Below are positions 26,541-40,000 of a DNA stretch of 64,000 nucleotides, one piece after another (positions within the stretch are counted from its first letter, which is position 1; every line of letters starts with the position of its first letter). The position numbers and the translations under genes are program-made. The notes beneath the pieces are model-generated. The model worked only from the letters and a program-made list of their open reading frames with translations, made no database searches and was not told the DNA's origin. The DNA comes from Okamejei kenojei (lineage: Eukaryota), in contig JAVHYY010000086.1 of assembly GCA_035221665.1 (NCBI GenBank), forward strand, positions 1 through 64,000, in the 5' to 3' direction.

Positions 26541-28253
26541 TAAAACACTAAAATGTAAAATAATTATCGGGCAGAGTGGCTCATCGGCTCCCTACAAGGG
26601 TGAACGGTCAGAGGTGGGAACGATTGTTATGGTCATTGGAATTTTCATGCCCTTTGATTGCTTTTCTCTAGAAGACGCTTCAGCGCCCAAGTTACTTACC
26701 GCTTTTTCTGACTGGCATATCCCCGCTGTAAGCCGAAATCACGGCGCAGAAGTTATATTTCCAAGCCAAACTCCGGCAGGCCGCGACATATCAACGGACT
26801 TCAGTAGCCGGATCCGCTTCCAAATAAGTAGTTGAGAAAATCTGAATCTACAATAAGAGAGAAGGGCCTTTTTGGCAGAAATGCTGAGTGATTTGTTTGT
26901 TTAGTCTGCGGAGCATGAAATTCCGCAGGCCAGATCTCTGGGTAAGGTGCCCGCCATTTAAAACGAGTTGACATTAATATATGCGATAATCTGCCCCAAT
27001 GGCAAGTAGACGCCCTGTCATTAAATATTCAAGCAAGAGACGGATATGTTTTGAGATGGGAATCATTACATTGAAGGGGAATACGATGTAATCTGATCAC
27101 AATAAAATACAGAACAGTCGAGCGCCCGCGTCTTCCTCCTATTATTAGGTTTTACAGTGGCAGGGACGAATAACACACATTGCTTCCTGTAGCGGTTGCT
27201 TTTTCTGAAACCTATTCCAGAAAAAAACATTCCTTCACCGAACGAATTAAAAAGGCAGCTCAGTGACAGCGCCCTCCGACCCTGCCGTCTGCCTGAAACT
27301 GCAATCTCCTTGTTCCACTACATGGGCCCCTTCATTCTGAGCAATGTTATTCGGGGAGAATCGGCTCTCGGCCCAACTGTAATACCGCACTGTTGTTTCA
27401 TGCATATCACCTAGTAAGCAAGTAAATGTCATTTATATAGCACGTTTAAATAAACTCGCGTTGAATCCAACGTGCTTTACATGGAAGAAATGATTACGTT
27501 TCCGTACATCGATGGTACTAATTGTGCGTTTCCGTACATCACGTGGTACTAATTGTCCATTTTACCTATCCTTGCTCCCTCACCAAATAAATAAAAGAGG
27601 CATTCACTTTCCTGCATCTTTGGGGAGTTGCAATGGCGACCAGCAGCCATTCCTGAAAGAACTGCTCCCACCTTAAACCGATATCTTCTGACTCACGATT
27701 CCTAATCAACCTCCTGCGCTCCAAAGGAATACATTCCTAACCTGCTCACCCCCTCCCTCGATCACAGGCCCTCGAGTTCTGTGAGTGCTCGAGTCCTCTG
27801 AACTTGACAGCAGTTCAGTGACGGCCACATGAGTGGCAGATGCTGTATAATGTGGATACATATGAGGTTGTCCACATTCGTGGCAAGAACGAGAAAGGAG
27901 ATTATTATCTGAATGGTGTCAGATTCGGAAAACGGGAGGTGCAATGAGTCCTGGGTGCCCTTGCTCATTAGTCACTGAAAGTATGCATGAAGGTACAGAA
28001 GTCAGTGAAAAGAAAGCTAATGGCATGTTGTCCTTCATTGCGAGAATATTTAAGTTGAGGAGCAAAAAGGTCCTACTGCTGTTGCACAAGGCCCCAGTGA
28101 AACCACAACTGGAACATTTTGTGCACCTGTGGTCTTCTAATTCTTGCTATAGAGGTAGTGAAATGCAGGTTTACCAGATTAATTTCCGGGATGACGGAAA
28201 ATAAATATCATGAAGCAATGGGCTTGTATTCACTGGAATTTAGGATGAGAGGG

Positions 28254-31200
28254 AATAGTAAGATTAAACGAGAACTTACCAGTTTGAAGTTTGATCTTTA
28301 TTTTATGAGGAGTCGAGTTGAGGGACTACGTGAATAGAAGCCCGTACAGCCGTTGGTGCGTCAATCTTCAAAGCAGCGGAATGAATTCACAGCTAACAAT
28401 GACCGAAGTATAACGGTAAGATGATAAAACTAGAACTACCAGATGAGATCTATGAGGGTGGGAGCGGAGGGCACGTAGTCCCTCAACTCGACTCCTCATA
28501 AAATAAAGATCAAACTTCAAACTGGTAAGTTCTCGTTTAATCTTACTATTTTACTTCGGAGTCACGTGAGTGACTACGTGAAGACTTCAAAGCACTGTGA
28601 ATTCACGCCGCAGACTCAAATCCGACGTTCACACTGCCTGGATTGACTCAAAAGTCGTTAACAATCAATCATGCATCAGTAATACATTTGTTAAATGAAA
28701 TAACAGTTTATTTACAAACAAATCATAACAAACCCCTCTAACTCAGGGGAAAAATGTAACAGTACTGACACAAGAATCAGCAAACACCCCGAGCCTTGAA
28801 ATCGGCTTGTGACAAAACCTCTGAAAAGTTAGCTCACTGGACCATCCTGCGGCCGCGAGGACCTTGAAATCGTTTGCACCGACACCTTACTGTGTGTTTT
28901 TTTGTGACTAATAAACAAAGCCAACTCCATTCCTCTCAGAGGTTTACTAATCTCAATGTAAAGAGATAAATGTGAGACTATACAGAAGCGATCATCTGCG
29001 GGGTATGCTGAAAACACCATCTTACATCCTGTCATGCCTCTTTTATTATGTTTAAGCAAATCATAGACATAAAATATAATGGCATCAGCCGACACATGCA
29101 TTCTATCTAGCCGTAGCTTTTGCAATGTTTGTACACGTTGGGCTGAAACCAACACCAGAAGCATGACCACCTTCATAGTTAATTTGGCTATAGATAGGCT
29201 TGTAACCGGAGCCCACTGGCGAAGAAGCATAAAAACCTCACTCACATTGCAAATACCGGCATACTGAGTTTAGGAGGATTAGAATTGAAAACTCCCTTCA
29301 TGAATTGTGAACTAACGGATGTGTCCCTACTGTATGCAATTCTGCATTCATAGGTAAATAAGAAGACAGAGCACTTCTGGCTGAATTAATTGCACTGTAA
29401 CTTAATTTTTTGGTCAAAATAAAGAGTTGACAAACTCCAATACATCCGTGATCCCTGCCGTGTGATATACAATATCCTGCTGTAGGCAGAATTGCTCCCA
29501 CTTCCTTATATAGGTGATATATTGCTGCTGTGTACTATCCCTGCAGGCCGACGTGAGAACATCCACCGTCCGATGAGACAGTCCTCTCCCCAGGTATGGC
29601 CTCCTTAAAAATCTGCAAATTAACAGATCAATACGATCCTATAAAGGATGTTGATCCCCAGTGACTGGATTTACCAGTAGATTTTTATTCTTGGGCATAA
29701 GCATGTAAGGCTCCCTAGCCATTTGTAATACAACGGGAAACCATGCTCGTGTAGGCCAATCTGGCACTACCAATACCCCTGAAGCGGTGTCCTCCTTGAT
29801 CTTTTGCAAACATCTGCTGATGAGACAGAATGAAGGAAATACATACACAAACATTCCTCCCCCAATGCAGCGAAAATGCATCCACTGCTACTGCCCCAGT
29901 ATCTGGTTACCATGAAACATATCTAGGTAACTGATGATTTAATCGAGATGCAAACAAGTCAATATCTGGCAATGCATACTGATCAATCATTTGGTTAAAC
30001 ACATCCTGATTTAAACATCCATTCAATGTTGTAATTAACTGACGTGACCTCTTCCTGGCAAATAAAGTGCTGAAAGCCAGATATTTTGGTCAATACACCA
30101 GCTCCAAATCTGGTTAGCCAGTCTATCACAAGACTGTGACTTAACTCCACCCATGTGGTTTACATATGCCACTGCTGTGGTGTTGTGAATCTGAGCTGCA
30201 CATGCAGATCCCTCCTTGTAGAACAATAAGCTTTGAGCCCATACCAGGTGCCCAACCACTCTAAATAATCAATCCCTCTTAATTGAGGAAGCGATGTCTC
30301 ATCCACATTCCATCTGCCTCCACAACTAGAAGACATATCTGTTGCACCCAACCCAGTGCACTCACATCAGTCTGTATATCAGTGACGCTGATTCCACGAA
30401 ACCTTCCTTAATTTTTTGAAACATGTACTATCCACCATTGTATGTCAGCAATCGCCCCAGCTGACAACTGCATAGGCCTATCAAAAATACCCCCTATGTA
30501 TTCTCAGTGCCTGTTCCTTTGATGGTTGTAATTGTTGATAATGCAGAGGACAATACTGCGCAGCTGGGAAAGGCTGCAACAATTTCCCAATTAAAACTGG
30601 CTACTTGTCTAATCAAAGGCCGTTGTTCTCCAACGAGATTAGCACAGTCCTCAATTAACTGATTCAATTTATCCCTGGGCAAAGTTACCAACATGTGATT
30701 GGAATTAATGGTAAATCCCAGATAATCAATAATTTGGACTGGTGATTATTTTAGATTTACCTGGGTGAATAACAAATCCCATTTGTTCAAAAGTGATTTT
30801 CACAACTGAAAACTCATGATTGAGTTTCAGCATGAGTCTTTCCAACAATCAGAAATCATCTAAATAGGCCATTACCACATGCCCATGAGCTCTAAGCAAT
30901 GCTAACACAGGTTTTACCAATTCAGTAAATAATCTAGGAGCTGAAGTTAATCCATTCGGCAATGTCCTGAATTGCCACAGCTCAGTCATCCAAATAAATT
31001 TCAAATTCTTCTATATCACCATGAATAGACACTGCGTAATACGCATTCTTTAAATCAATGGTTGCCATATTAATACCCTTTGGACACTAGATGTTTGCCC
31101 GTGGTAAAGTTCTCCATTTTGAAATGCCTATAACAAACAAATTTGTTCAAATTCGATAAAATCCAGAATAATTCTACATCCCCCAGTCTTTTTAGATCTG

Positions 31201-33003
31201 GGAAATATACTTGACAGAAATTGTTGACTTTGATAGACAGAAGGCTCAATTACCCTTCTTATGTAACGACTGAATATCTGCGTGGAATAAGCACATTTTC
31301 CTCATCTGAAAAATAAGTTTACGACTAGGAAAATGTTGATTAGGTAGACTATCATAGTAAAATCCAATTTTTCACCCCTTCAATACACTAAGTATGAACA
31401 AATATGATGTCAACTGCTGCCATTGTTTGAGAACAATTTTAACCTTCCCAATTTGAACAGGAACATCAGTTTAATTCATCGTCTGTCAAATGTTATATTC
31501 CTTACCAGCATCTTTCCTTGCGGCCTTGTTGTCCTTGACTTCTTGTAGAGAACCTTTTTTGCCTTGCTTCCAGCTGGCTTAATGAGGGCCATGGTTATAA
31601 CAACCTCATAACAGTCTTTGACCCTTTTTGCAAGGTTACCACCAAACAACAGATTTCGTGGTGGTACACTGGTCGGTTTGCACAACTCGCCAAATTCGGG
31701 TTAGCACTGGCCTAATAGCGGCCCTCCCGACATTATTAATTTCAAAATGCATTACAAAGGAGTCCCACTTCATCCTGGTGTGCTGCAACCATATCATTTG
31801 TATCAATAACTTTCACCACCTGCTTACAACAGTTTAAGCACTTTTTTAAAACTTCATCTCCTGGGCCCTAGCAGGTAAACCCATCTATGCAAATTTGGTG
31901 ATTAACCACCGGTACCTTCAGGAGATCACAATTAACAGGAGCTTTATAGTTTTTTGCTACTTCATCCATTAGCTAGCTCTGTAACTGGTGGGAGAGAGCA
32001 CATACTGAATGGCTTCGGCCAATTCTACATCAATCGCCTTTCCTGCCTCTCTACACTCAGCAAACTTCCAGCAATGTTCGGAATTACCTCCAACCGAACA
32101 CCTTGCTCTCCCCCAGCATAGAAAAAACAGTGTCAGCAAACTGCCTGATAGAACATCCTCCTCAAGGCAGGATAGTTCTGCAGCCCTGAAAACAGGTGCT
32201 GCTAGCACAAGCTCTCCATCAGCCTGGCTTGGGCACACTCCTCCTCACGGAGCTGGAAACATCCTCCTCACAGGCAGGATAGTTCTGCAGCCCTGAAACA
32301 GGTGCTGCTAGCACAAGCTCTCATCAGCCTGGCTTGGGCACCACTCCTCCTCACGGAGCTGGTCCCTGTCGAGCATTCTTTTGTAATAGAATCTCGACGT
32401 GGGAGAGCCGTGAGCAAACGGACTCTCCTATGGAGGGTATAACCTCCAGGCGCGACTCATTTACGGGCCACAGAGACTTGCCAGTGGCCTTGCACCCTAC
32501 TGACAAGCCTCCACTGCCCCCCGGCAGTGGGTCCGCAACCACTGGCTGTGTAGCCAGCACCGGACCAGGTGTACCAGACGGGCCTCCATCCTCAACACTC
32601 TCCTGGTCACTGTCCTTTCTAACCCCGGAGCGCCTCGCCGACACCTTCTTCACATTCTGCAACATATCTACTCCCAACCGTCGCAGAAAATGACCTGTGG
32701 TAAAGTATTTCAACAAACCTTACCTCCGTTTAAACCTGTTAACGAAAACTGTAGATGCTGGAGAATGGAGGGTGAAGTCTGAAGAAGGGTCTCGACCCGA
32801 AACGTCGCCCATCTCCTTCGCTCCTTAGATGCTGCTGCAACCGCTAAATTCTCCAGCTTTTCGTGTAACCCGTTTAAACTTACCGCTCGGAGGAGCGCTG
32901 CTGCTCCAACCGTTCCCGACTGCACCAGCGTCTGACGTCATGACGCACCAACGGCTGTACGGGCTTCTATTCACGTAGTCACTCACGTGACTCCGAAGTA
33001 AAC
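28254..33003 (-). mobile_element. DIRS1-type tyrosine-recombinase retrotransposon, full length with degenerate ORFs
   Basis: Minus strand: RT (VMAYLDDFL ~30850-30876), RNase H (AVAYVNHMGG), methyltransferase-like (YVFPSF..VVPDWPTRAWF), YR (KVVMLLVLVSAQRVQTL). ITRs at ~28325-28363 and 32941-32979; internal complementary region 28472-28582. Confidence 0.92.
32154..32362. repeat. Two tandem ~104-bp copies within the DIRS gag region
   Basis: acatcctcctca..ggcaggatagttctgcagccctgaaa..ctcctcctcacggagctgg occurs twice in tandem. Confidence 0.85.
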
Positions 33004-34264
33004 TCATGTAGACACATAACATTCATAGCGCATTAGACGATACACAACTGGCAATAGGTACAGGAGTAGGCCAAACGGCCCTTCAAGCCAGCACCGCCAT
33101 TTAATGTGATCAAACTGATCATTCACAATCAGTATCCCGTTCCTGCTTTCTCCCCATATTCCCTGACTCCGCTATCTTCAAGATCCCGATCTAGCTCTCT
33201 TTTGAACGTTTCTAGAGAACTGGCCCCTACCGCCCTCTGAGGTAGACAATTCCACAGTCAAACAACTCTGTGTGTGAAAAAGTGTTTCCTCATCTCCGTT
33301 CTAAACGGCTTTCCCCGTATTCCTAAACTGTGCCCCTGGTTCTGGACTCCAAAAATATCGGGAAAAAGTGTCCTGCCTCTAGCTTGTCCAAACACTTAAT
33401 AATCTTAACTGTTTCAATAAAATCCTTTCTCATCCAACTAAATTCCAGAGTATACAAGCCCGGCCGCACAATTCTCTCAGCACGTGACAGTCCCGCCATC
33501 CCGGAAAATGAGCTTGTGAACCTACGCTGCACTCCCTCAGTAACATGAATATTGGAGCGGCTAGATGCAGGACATTTCTCCAGGATATTGAGGGAGTCAA
33601 GAAACCGGGGGACACAGACTACGAATAAGGGTAGGCCGTTTAGAAACAAAGAAACACAGCATTAGATGCAGCAGTAGGCCATTCGGCCCTTCGAGCCAGC
33701 ACCGCAATTCAATATGTTCATGGGTGATCATCTAATATTAGGACCCCGTCCTGTTTAATCCCCATATCCCTTGATTCCTTTAGCCCCAACAGCTAAATCT
33801 AACTCTTTCTTGAAGCATACATTGAATTCTTCTTCACTGTATTCTGTGGCAGAGAACCCCACAGATTCACAACTCTCTGGGTGAGGAAGTTTTTCCTCAT
33901 GAGGTAGATAGTATTGCAGGACTGCTTGCGAGTTATGTTAGGATGGTTCAGTTGCCTGATAACTACAAGGAATAAACTGTCCCTAAATCTGGAAGTGTGA
34001 GTTTGCACACTTCAATATCTTCTGACTGATTGGAGCGGGGACTGTGCCTTCACCCCATCTACTACCCCCATATATTCAGTTGCCTGAATGGTTCAAATGT
34101 TCTACTGAACGTCAGAGACACGTGAGAGCCCATCAGATGCTTCACATCAGATGCCAGGCCACCAAACAAATCAGCAGATTTAACAATCCCCGTCTCAAAT
34201 TCTCCCTCTCCTCGCACATCGATTTTCATATATTCCCAGAAAACCACCGGCACTGGGAAAGACC

Positions 34265-34338
34265 AGCTGCGGTTCCGGTTCATTCTCCTGGACAGGGGTA
34301 GGATCTGTCGGGGGACCTGGACTCCAGCATCTCGTCAC
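34265..34338 (+). pseudogene. Putative damaged leader exon of the VNAR-like V
   Basis: Removing 29 bp flanked by duplicated cctggac and restoring ATG gives a 46-nt phase-1 exon (M)LRFRFILLDSSISS|gtaaac. Reconstruction only. Confidence 0.3.
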
Positions 34339-34545
34339 GTAAACCATTTTTTCCCGGAAATCCTCCTGTTTTTGTACTGTCAATCTGCTTAGCCCTGGGT
34401 ACCGGTCCCTTACTCCCACACGGTGCGGGTTTAACATAAAACAACTCGACTCCACTCCGACCTGAATTTCAAACACTGTCCGCGATTTATCCTTCCGTGG
34501 TTCGCCTCGAATTCCAACTCACCTTTCACTGTGTTTAATCTTCAG

Positions 34546-34837
34546 CCACCTTCCGCCAGCCAGTGACACAGAGCCCGAATGCGGTGACTGGAAAAGAGTC
34601 CAAACTGTCACAATCACCTGGCTTTCCCAAGAAGGATCCTGGTTTAGCTACGAATTTGATGCAGGACATTTATTGAAGCAAGCACAATCCTGTTCTCATT
34701 GGCCGCGGATCACAACATGTGGACGGGAAATTGTGTCAACCAATAAAGCGAAAAAGACCATTATGTTGAAAATTCTTGGTTTGAGAGTTGAGGACATGGC
34801 CACATATTACTGTCAAGCTGAGTACAGGTGGATTAAG
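34546..34837 (+). pseudogene. VNAR-like V segment (NAR-TCR V; IgNAR-related)
   Basis: Acceptor cttcag; QPVTQSPNAVTGKE / 1-nt shift / QTVTITW..AGHLLKQAQSCSHWPRITTCGREIVSTNKAKKTIMLKILGLRVEDMATYYCQA. Short FR2 with no CDR2, as in VNAR; first Cys is Trp. Confidence 0.8.
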
Positions 34838-34875
34838 CACAGTGATGGGCCAGCGGTTCCAGCAATACAAAAATC
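34838..34875 (+). promoter_or_regulatory. V RSS (22-bp spacer)
   Basis: Consensus cacagtg + 22 nt + acaaaaatc. Confidence 0.92.
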
Positions 34876-35197
34876 CTGAAGGCAGATTCGAGTAGTAACG
34901 TGAAGACGCGAGGACAATCCGCCGGTGAACCCACTGTCCCGCTTTAGCCCGCCTGCCCCGCATTCTAGGTTGCACAGGATGAAATGAGTACGATTCAAAC
35001 AATGGGGTTTCTCTATTTGGCTGGTGCGGCTGGATAATGCTCCCTTTACCGAAAATGGTGTAAAAGAAATGTCATCGAGAATGTTTGACCACTCTTCTGA
35101 TGCACAACTACAGACGAGGTCCAGTTACAGAAACTGCAATCTTAAAAATTATTTCGTTGAATGCTTTCTCCTGCCCGCCCATCTCCCCGGGCGCCTG

Positions 35198-35289
35198 GGG
35201 ATTTAAAGCGATGCGAAACAATGTGAAAATGACGTGAAACAGCGTGCGGGAATTGAATATCCACAGTGAAGCAGAGTCGAATAAAAATT
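35198..35289 (+). other. Putative D segment (35226-35261) flanked by 12-RSSs
   Basis: 3' RSS cacagtg (35262) + 12 + ataaaaatt is clear; 5' RSS gggatttaa + 12 + caatgtg (35219-35225) is weak. Confidence 0.65.
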
Positions 35290-35596
35290 CACCCCATTCA
35301 ACATACATGTTCTTGAGTCCGGAACCAAAATCCAACGATTGTTGTTCCTGACGCTGTAATCCAGTCAAATTGCATAGGGATGGCCAATTTCAGTTAACAT
35401 TCCTTAATAATTGGTTCCGCATTTGTCAAAGCACACCATTCTGCGTGGGGGATCACTCTGCTCTTAGCTCTGTTTCTAGGCGGGAACCGGTTGACCAATC
35501 GAGGAATGGGAGCAAGGACAGTTACTAGCTGGTGTGAAACTCCTGGAATAATTGGACAGCGTGTCTTATGGTTGCCAGGCAAATCGAGGTGAGGAC

Positions 35597-35635
35597 TGTG
35601 TTTGTACTACGAGCGTCGAGAGACGGGGCACTGTG
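35597..35635 (-). promoter_or_regulatory. J RSS (23-bp spacer)
   Basis: On + strand tgtgtttgt + 23 nt + cactgtg immediately before J. Confidence 0.9.
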
Positions 35636-35693
35636 ACTTCATGGGACACTTACTATCAGGAGGGGATGGGGACTACGGTGACTGTCACAGCCG
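35636..35693 (+). CDS. NAR-type J segment
   Basis: TSWDTYYQEGMGTTVTVTA + g|gtaagt; open frame, phase-1 consensus donor, EGxGT motif instead of FGxG/WGxG. Confidence 0.9.
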
Positions 35694-37047
35694 GTAAGTA
35701 CCCTAAACCTCTCTAATCCACGGCTGTTCTTGGAATTATTCAGTTTTCTTTAATATTGGACCATGAGGCATCAATTGGTTTCCAATTAAAACAGATTCTA
35801 TTTATAAAGTGTTCCAGTGACTTGGTCCAGATGTTACTGTACGCGAGAGTCAAATGAGAGGATATGTGGGGCTCCCCGGGAGCACAGTTAATCAGGTTCA
35901 AGAATAGCCTCTTCCCCAAAACCATCAGGGTCGACAACACCACAAAGTGCTAACCACAGCTGTGAATTTCTATGGAGACACAAGGTAATGCGGACGCTGA
36001 AATCGGAATCGTCTAGATACCAAATGTAGGCTATGAATGTTCTCCTGAAATGCTGCCTGACCCGCGCGGTTAATGCTACCACCAAACCGCCGGCTTGCTG
36101 CAAAACACTATGTGAAATCACCCTATTGGTCGACACGTTACTGCAGCACTTTGTGTTAATAATTTTTTCATAATTATCTCTGGTTATACACAGGATTTGT
36201 TTTTATTGTTGCCCAAGGATTGTGGCCATGAAATTATCGAGTTACTTTTTGTATCATATGTTATGAGAGGAATGGGATGATCGTACGGAAGTGTATAAAA
36301 TAATGGAAATAATCGATCGGGTAGATACGCAGAATCTCTTGTGCAGAGTAGGTGAGTCGAGTACCGGAGGACACAGGTTTAATCTTAAGGGGAAGATTTA
36401 ATAGGATTTGAGTGGTCACGTTTTCACACGGAGAGTAGTAGATGTACAGAGCAAGTTGCCACAATTGACGTTGGCACTATCCCACTGTTTAAAAATCAGT
36501 TAGACAAGTACATGGAAGGGACAGGACAGGTTTGTATGGATTTGGACCAAACGCGGGTAGTTGGCACCGATGTAGCTTCGACATTTTGGCCGGTGTGAGC
36601 AACGTGAGCTGAAGACATTTTTCCTCGTTATATCGCTCGATGACTCTATGACGCTGTTATCTGATAAAGTATATTGTACTTTCTAGACCTGTGTGCATCT
36701 AAAAGTAAGAATGTCACTGTTCCGTTGTCGGAACAGATTACATTTGAATACCCTGGAATCGTTACTTTGGATTCTAACGGCCAATGACTGTTGGTCTTAA
36801 CAGCAATACCCACATCCAAAACAAAGACAAAGACCGTGAGGCATATAAGCAGAGTTAGGCCATTTGCCCGTTAGGGAAATTGAAATCGGCCGTTGGAAGC
36901 GAAAACAAAAAGTGCTTTGGTGAACTCTGCGATATGTAGCAATGGTAAATTTAGGAAAAGAAAATGGGAAAGTATCCGAGTTTGGTGCGTGAGGACGAAA
37001 TGCCGATTTCAATGCTGCTCAAATCTCAATCATAGTGATCAGAGTGA

Positions 37048-40000
37048 TCATAGAAACATAGAAATTAGGTGCAGGAGTAGGCCATTCAGCCCTTCGAGCC
37101 TGCACCGCCATTCAATATGATCATGGCTGATCATCCAACTCAGTATCCCGTACCTGCCTTCTCTCCATACCCTCTGATCCCCTTAGCCACAAGGGCCACA
37201 TCCAACTCACTCTTAAATATAGCCAATGAACTGGCCTCAACTACCCTCTGTGGCAGAGAGTTCCAGAGACTCACCACACTCTGTGTGAAAAAGTCTTTCT
37301 CATCTCGGTCTTAAAGGATTTCACCCTTATCCTTAAGCTGTGACCCCTTGTCCTGGACTTCCCCAACATCGGGAACAATCTTCCTGCATCTAGCCTGTCC
37401 TACCCCTTGAGAATTTTGTAAGTTTCTATAAGATCCCCTCTTAATCTCCTAAATTCCAGAGAGTATAAACCGAGTCTATCCAGTCTTTCTTCATAAGACA
37501 GTCCTGACATCCCAGGAATCAGTCTGGTGAACCTTCTCTGCACTCCCTCTATGGCAATAATGTCCTTCCTCAGATTTGGAGACCAAAACTGCACGCAATA
37601 CTCCAGGTGTGGTCTCACCAAGACCCCGTACAACTGAATTAGATCCTCCCTGCTCTGTACTCAAATCCTTTTGCTATGAAAGCTAACATACCATTCGCTT
37701 TTTTCACTGCATGCTGCACTGCATGCCTACTTTCAATGACTGGTGTACCATGACACCCAGGTCTCGCTGCATCTCCCCTTTTCCTAATCGGCCACCATTT
37801 AAATAATAGTCTGCTTTCCTGTTTTTGCCACAAAGTGGATAACCTCACATTTATCCACATTATACTGCATCTGCCAAACATTTGCCACTCACCCAAGCCT
37901 ATCCAAGTCACCTTGCAGTCTCCTAGCATCCTCCTCACAGCGAACACTGCCCCCCAGCTTAGTGTAATCCGCAAACTTGGAGATATTGCCTTCAATTCCT
38001 TCATCCAGATCATTAATATATATTGTAAATAGCTGGGGGTCCCAGCACTGAGCCTGCGGTACCCCACTAGTTACTGCCTGCCATTGTGAAAAGGACCCGT
38101 TTTACTCCTACTCTTTGCTTCCTGTTTGCCAGCCAGTTCTCTATCCACATCAATACTGAAACCCCTAATACCGTATGCTTTAAGTTTGTATTACTAATCT
38201 CTTATGTGGGACCTTGTTCGAAAGCCTTCTGGAAGTCCAGATATACCACACCCACTGGTTCTCCCTTATCCACGCTACTAGTAACATCCTCGAAAAAATT
38301 CCACAAGATTCGTCAGACATGATTTACCTTTTGTAAATCCATGCTGACTTTGTCCAATGGATTTTCACCACTTTCCAAATGTGCTGCTATCCCATCTTTA
38401 ATAACTGACTCTAGCAGTTTCCCCCACTACCGATGTTAGACTAATGGTCTGTAATTTCCCCGTTTTCTCTCTCCCTCCCTTCTTAAAAAGAGGGGGTTAC
38501 ATTTGCTACCCGCCAATCCTCAGGAACTACTCCAGAAATCTATAAGAGTTTTGAAAGATTATCACTAATGCATCAACTATTTCCTGAGCTACTTCCTTAA
38601 GTACTCTGGGATGCAGCCTATCTGGCCCTGGGGATTTATCGGCCTTTAATCTATTCAATTTACCCAACACCACTTCCGACTGACCTGGATCTCACTCAAT
38701 TCCTCCCTTTGACCCACAGTCCCCTGCTATTTCAGGCAGATTATTTATGTCTTCCTTAGTGAAGACGGAACCAAAGTAGTTATTCAATTGGTCCGCCATA
38801 TCCTTGTTCCCCATGATCAACTCACCTGTTTCTGACTGCAAGGGACCTACATTTGTTTTAACTAAACCTCTTTCTCTTCACATATCTATAAAAACTTTTG
38901 CAGTCAGTTTTTATGTGTTCCCTGCCAGTTTTCTTTCATATCTATTTTTCCTTTCCTAATTAAGCCCTTTGTCCTCCTCTGCTGGTCTCTGAATTTTCTC
39001 CCAGTCCTATGGTTATGCTGCTTTTTCTGGCTACTTTGTACGCATCATCCTTTGCTTTGATACTATCCCTGATTTCCCTTGTTATCCACGGATGCACTAC
39101 CTTCCGCGATTTATTCTTTTGCCAAACTGGGATGAACAATTTTTGTAGTTCATCCATGCAGTCTTTAAATGTCTTCCATTGTATATCCACCGTCAACCCT
39201 TTTAGAATTAATTGCCAGTCAATCTTGGCCAATTCACGTCTCATACCCTCAAAGTTACATATTTAAGCTATATTTAAGAGTGAGTTGGATGTGGCCCTTG
39301 TGGCTAAGGGGATCAGAGGGTATGGAGAGAAGGCAGGTACGGGATACTGAGTTGGATGATCAGCCATGATCATATTGAATGGCGGTGCAGGCTCGAAGGG
39401 CTGAATAGCCTACTCCTGCACCTAATTTCTATGTTTCTATGTTTCTAAGTTACCTTTCTTTAAGTTCAGAACCATTGTTTCTGAATTAACAATGTCACTC
39501 TCCATCCTAATGAAGAACTCAACCATATTATGGTCACTCTTGCCCAAGGGGGCACGTACAACAAGACGGCTAATTACCCCTTCCTCATTACTCAAAACCC
39601 AGTCTAAAATAGCCTGCTCTCTCGTTGGTTCCTCTACATGTTGATTTAGATAACTATCCCGCATACATTCCAAAACATCCTCTTCCTCAGCACCCCTGCC
39701 AATTTGATTAACCCAATCTATATGTAGATTGAAGTCACCCATTATAACTGTTTGGCCTTTGTCGCACGCATTTCTAATTTCCTGTTTTTGATACCATCCC
39801 AACTTCTCTGCTACTGTTAGGTGGCCTGTACACAAACACCCCACCAGCGTTTTCTGCCCTTAGTGTTTTGTAGCTCTACCATACCGATTCCACATCCTCC
39901 AAGCTATTATGTCCTTCCTTTCCATTGCTTTAATCTCCTCTCTAACCAGCAACGCTACCCCACCTCCTTTTCCTTTCTCTCTATCCCTCCTGAATATTGA

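Noticed and set aside
26694-26769. Minus-strand RSS-like pattern followed by a gtaagt donor (possible J)
   Set aside because: Poor heptamer and nonamer, and no GxGT/TV motif in the spliced frame.
34546-35693. Reading the cluster as conventional IgM/IgW heavy chain
   Set aside because: V lacks the WVRQ/CDR2 region and J has EGxG rather than WGxG. IgNAR proper is not fully excluded, but only one D and no C exon are seen.
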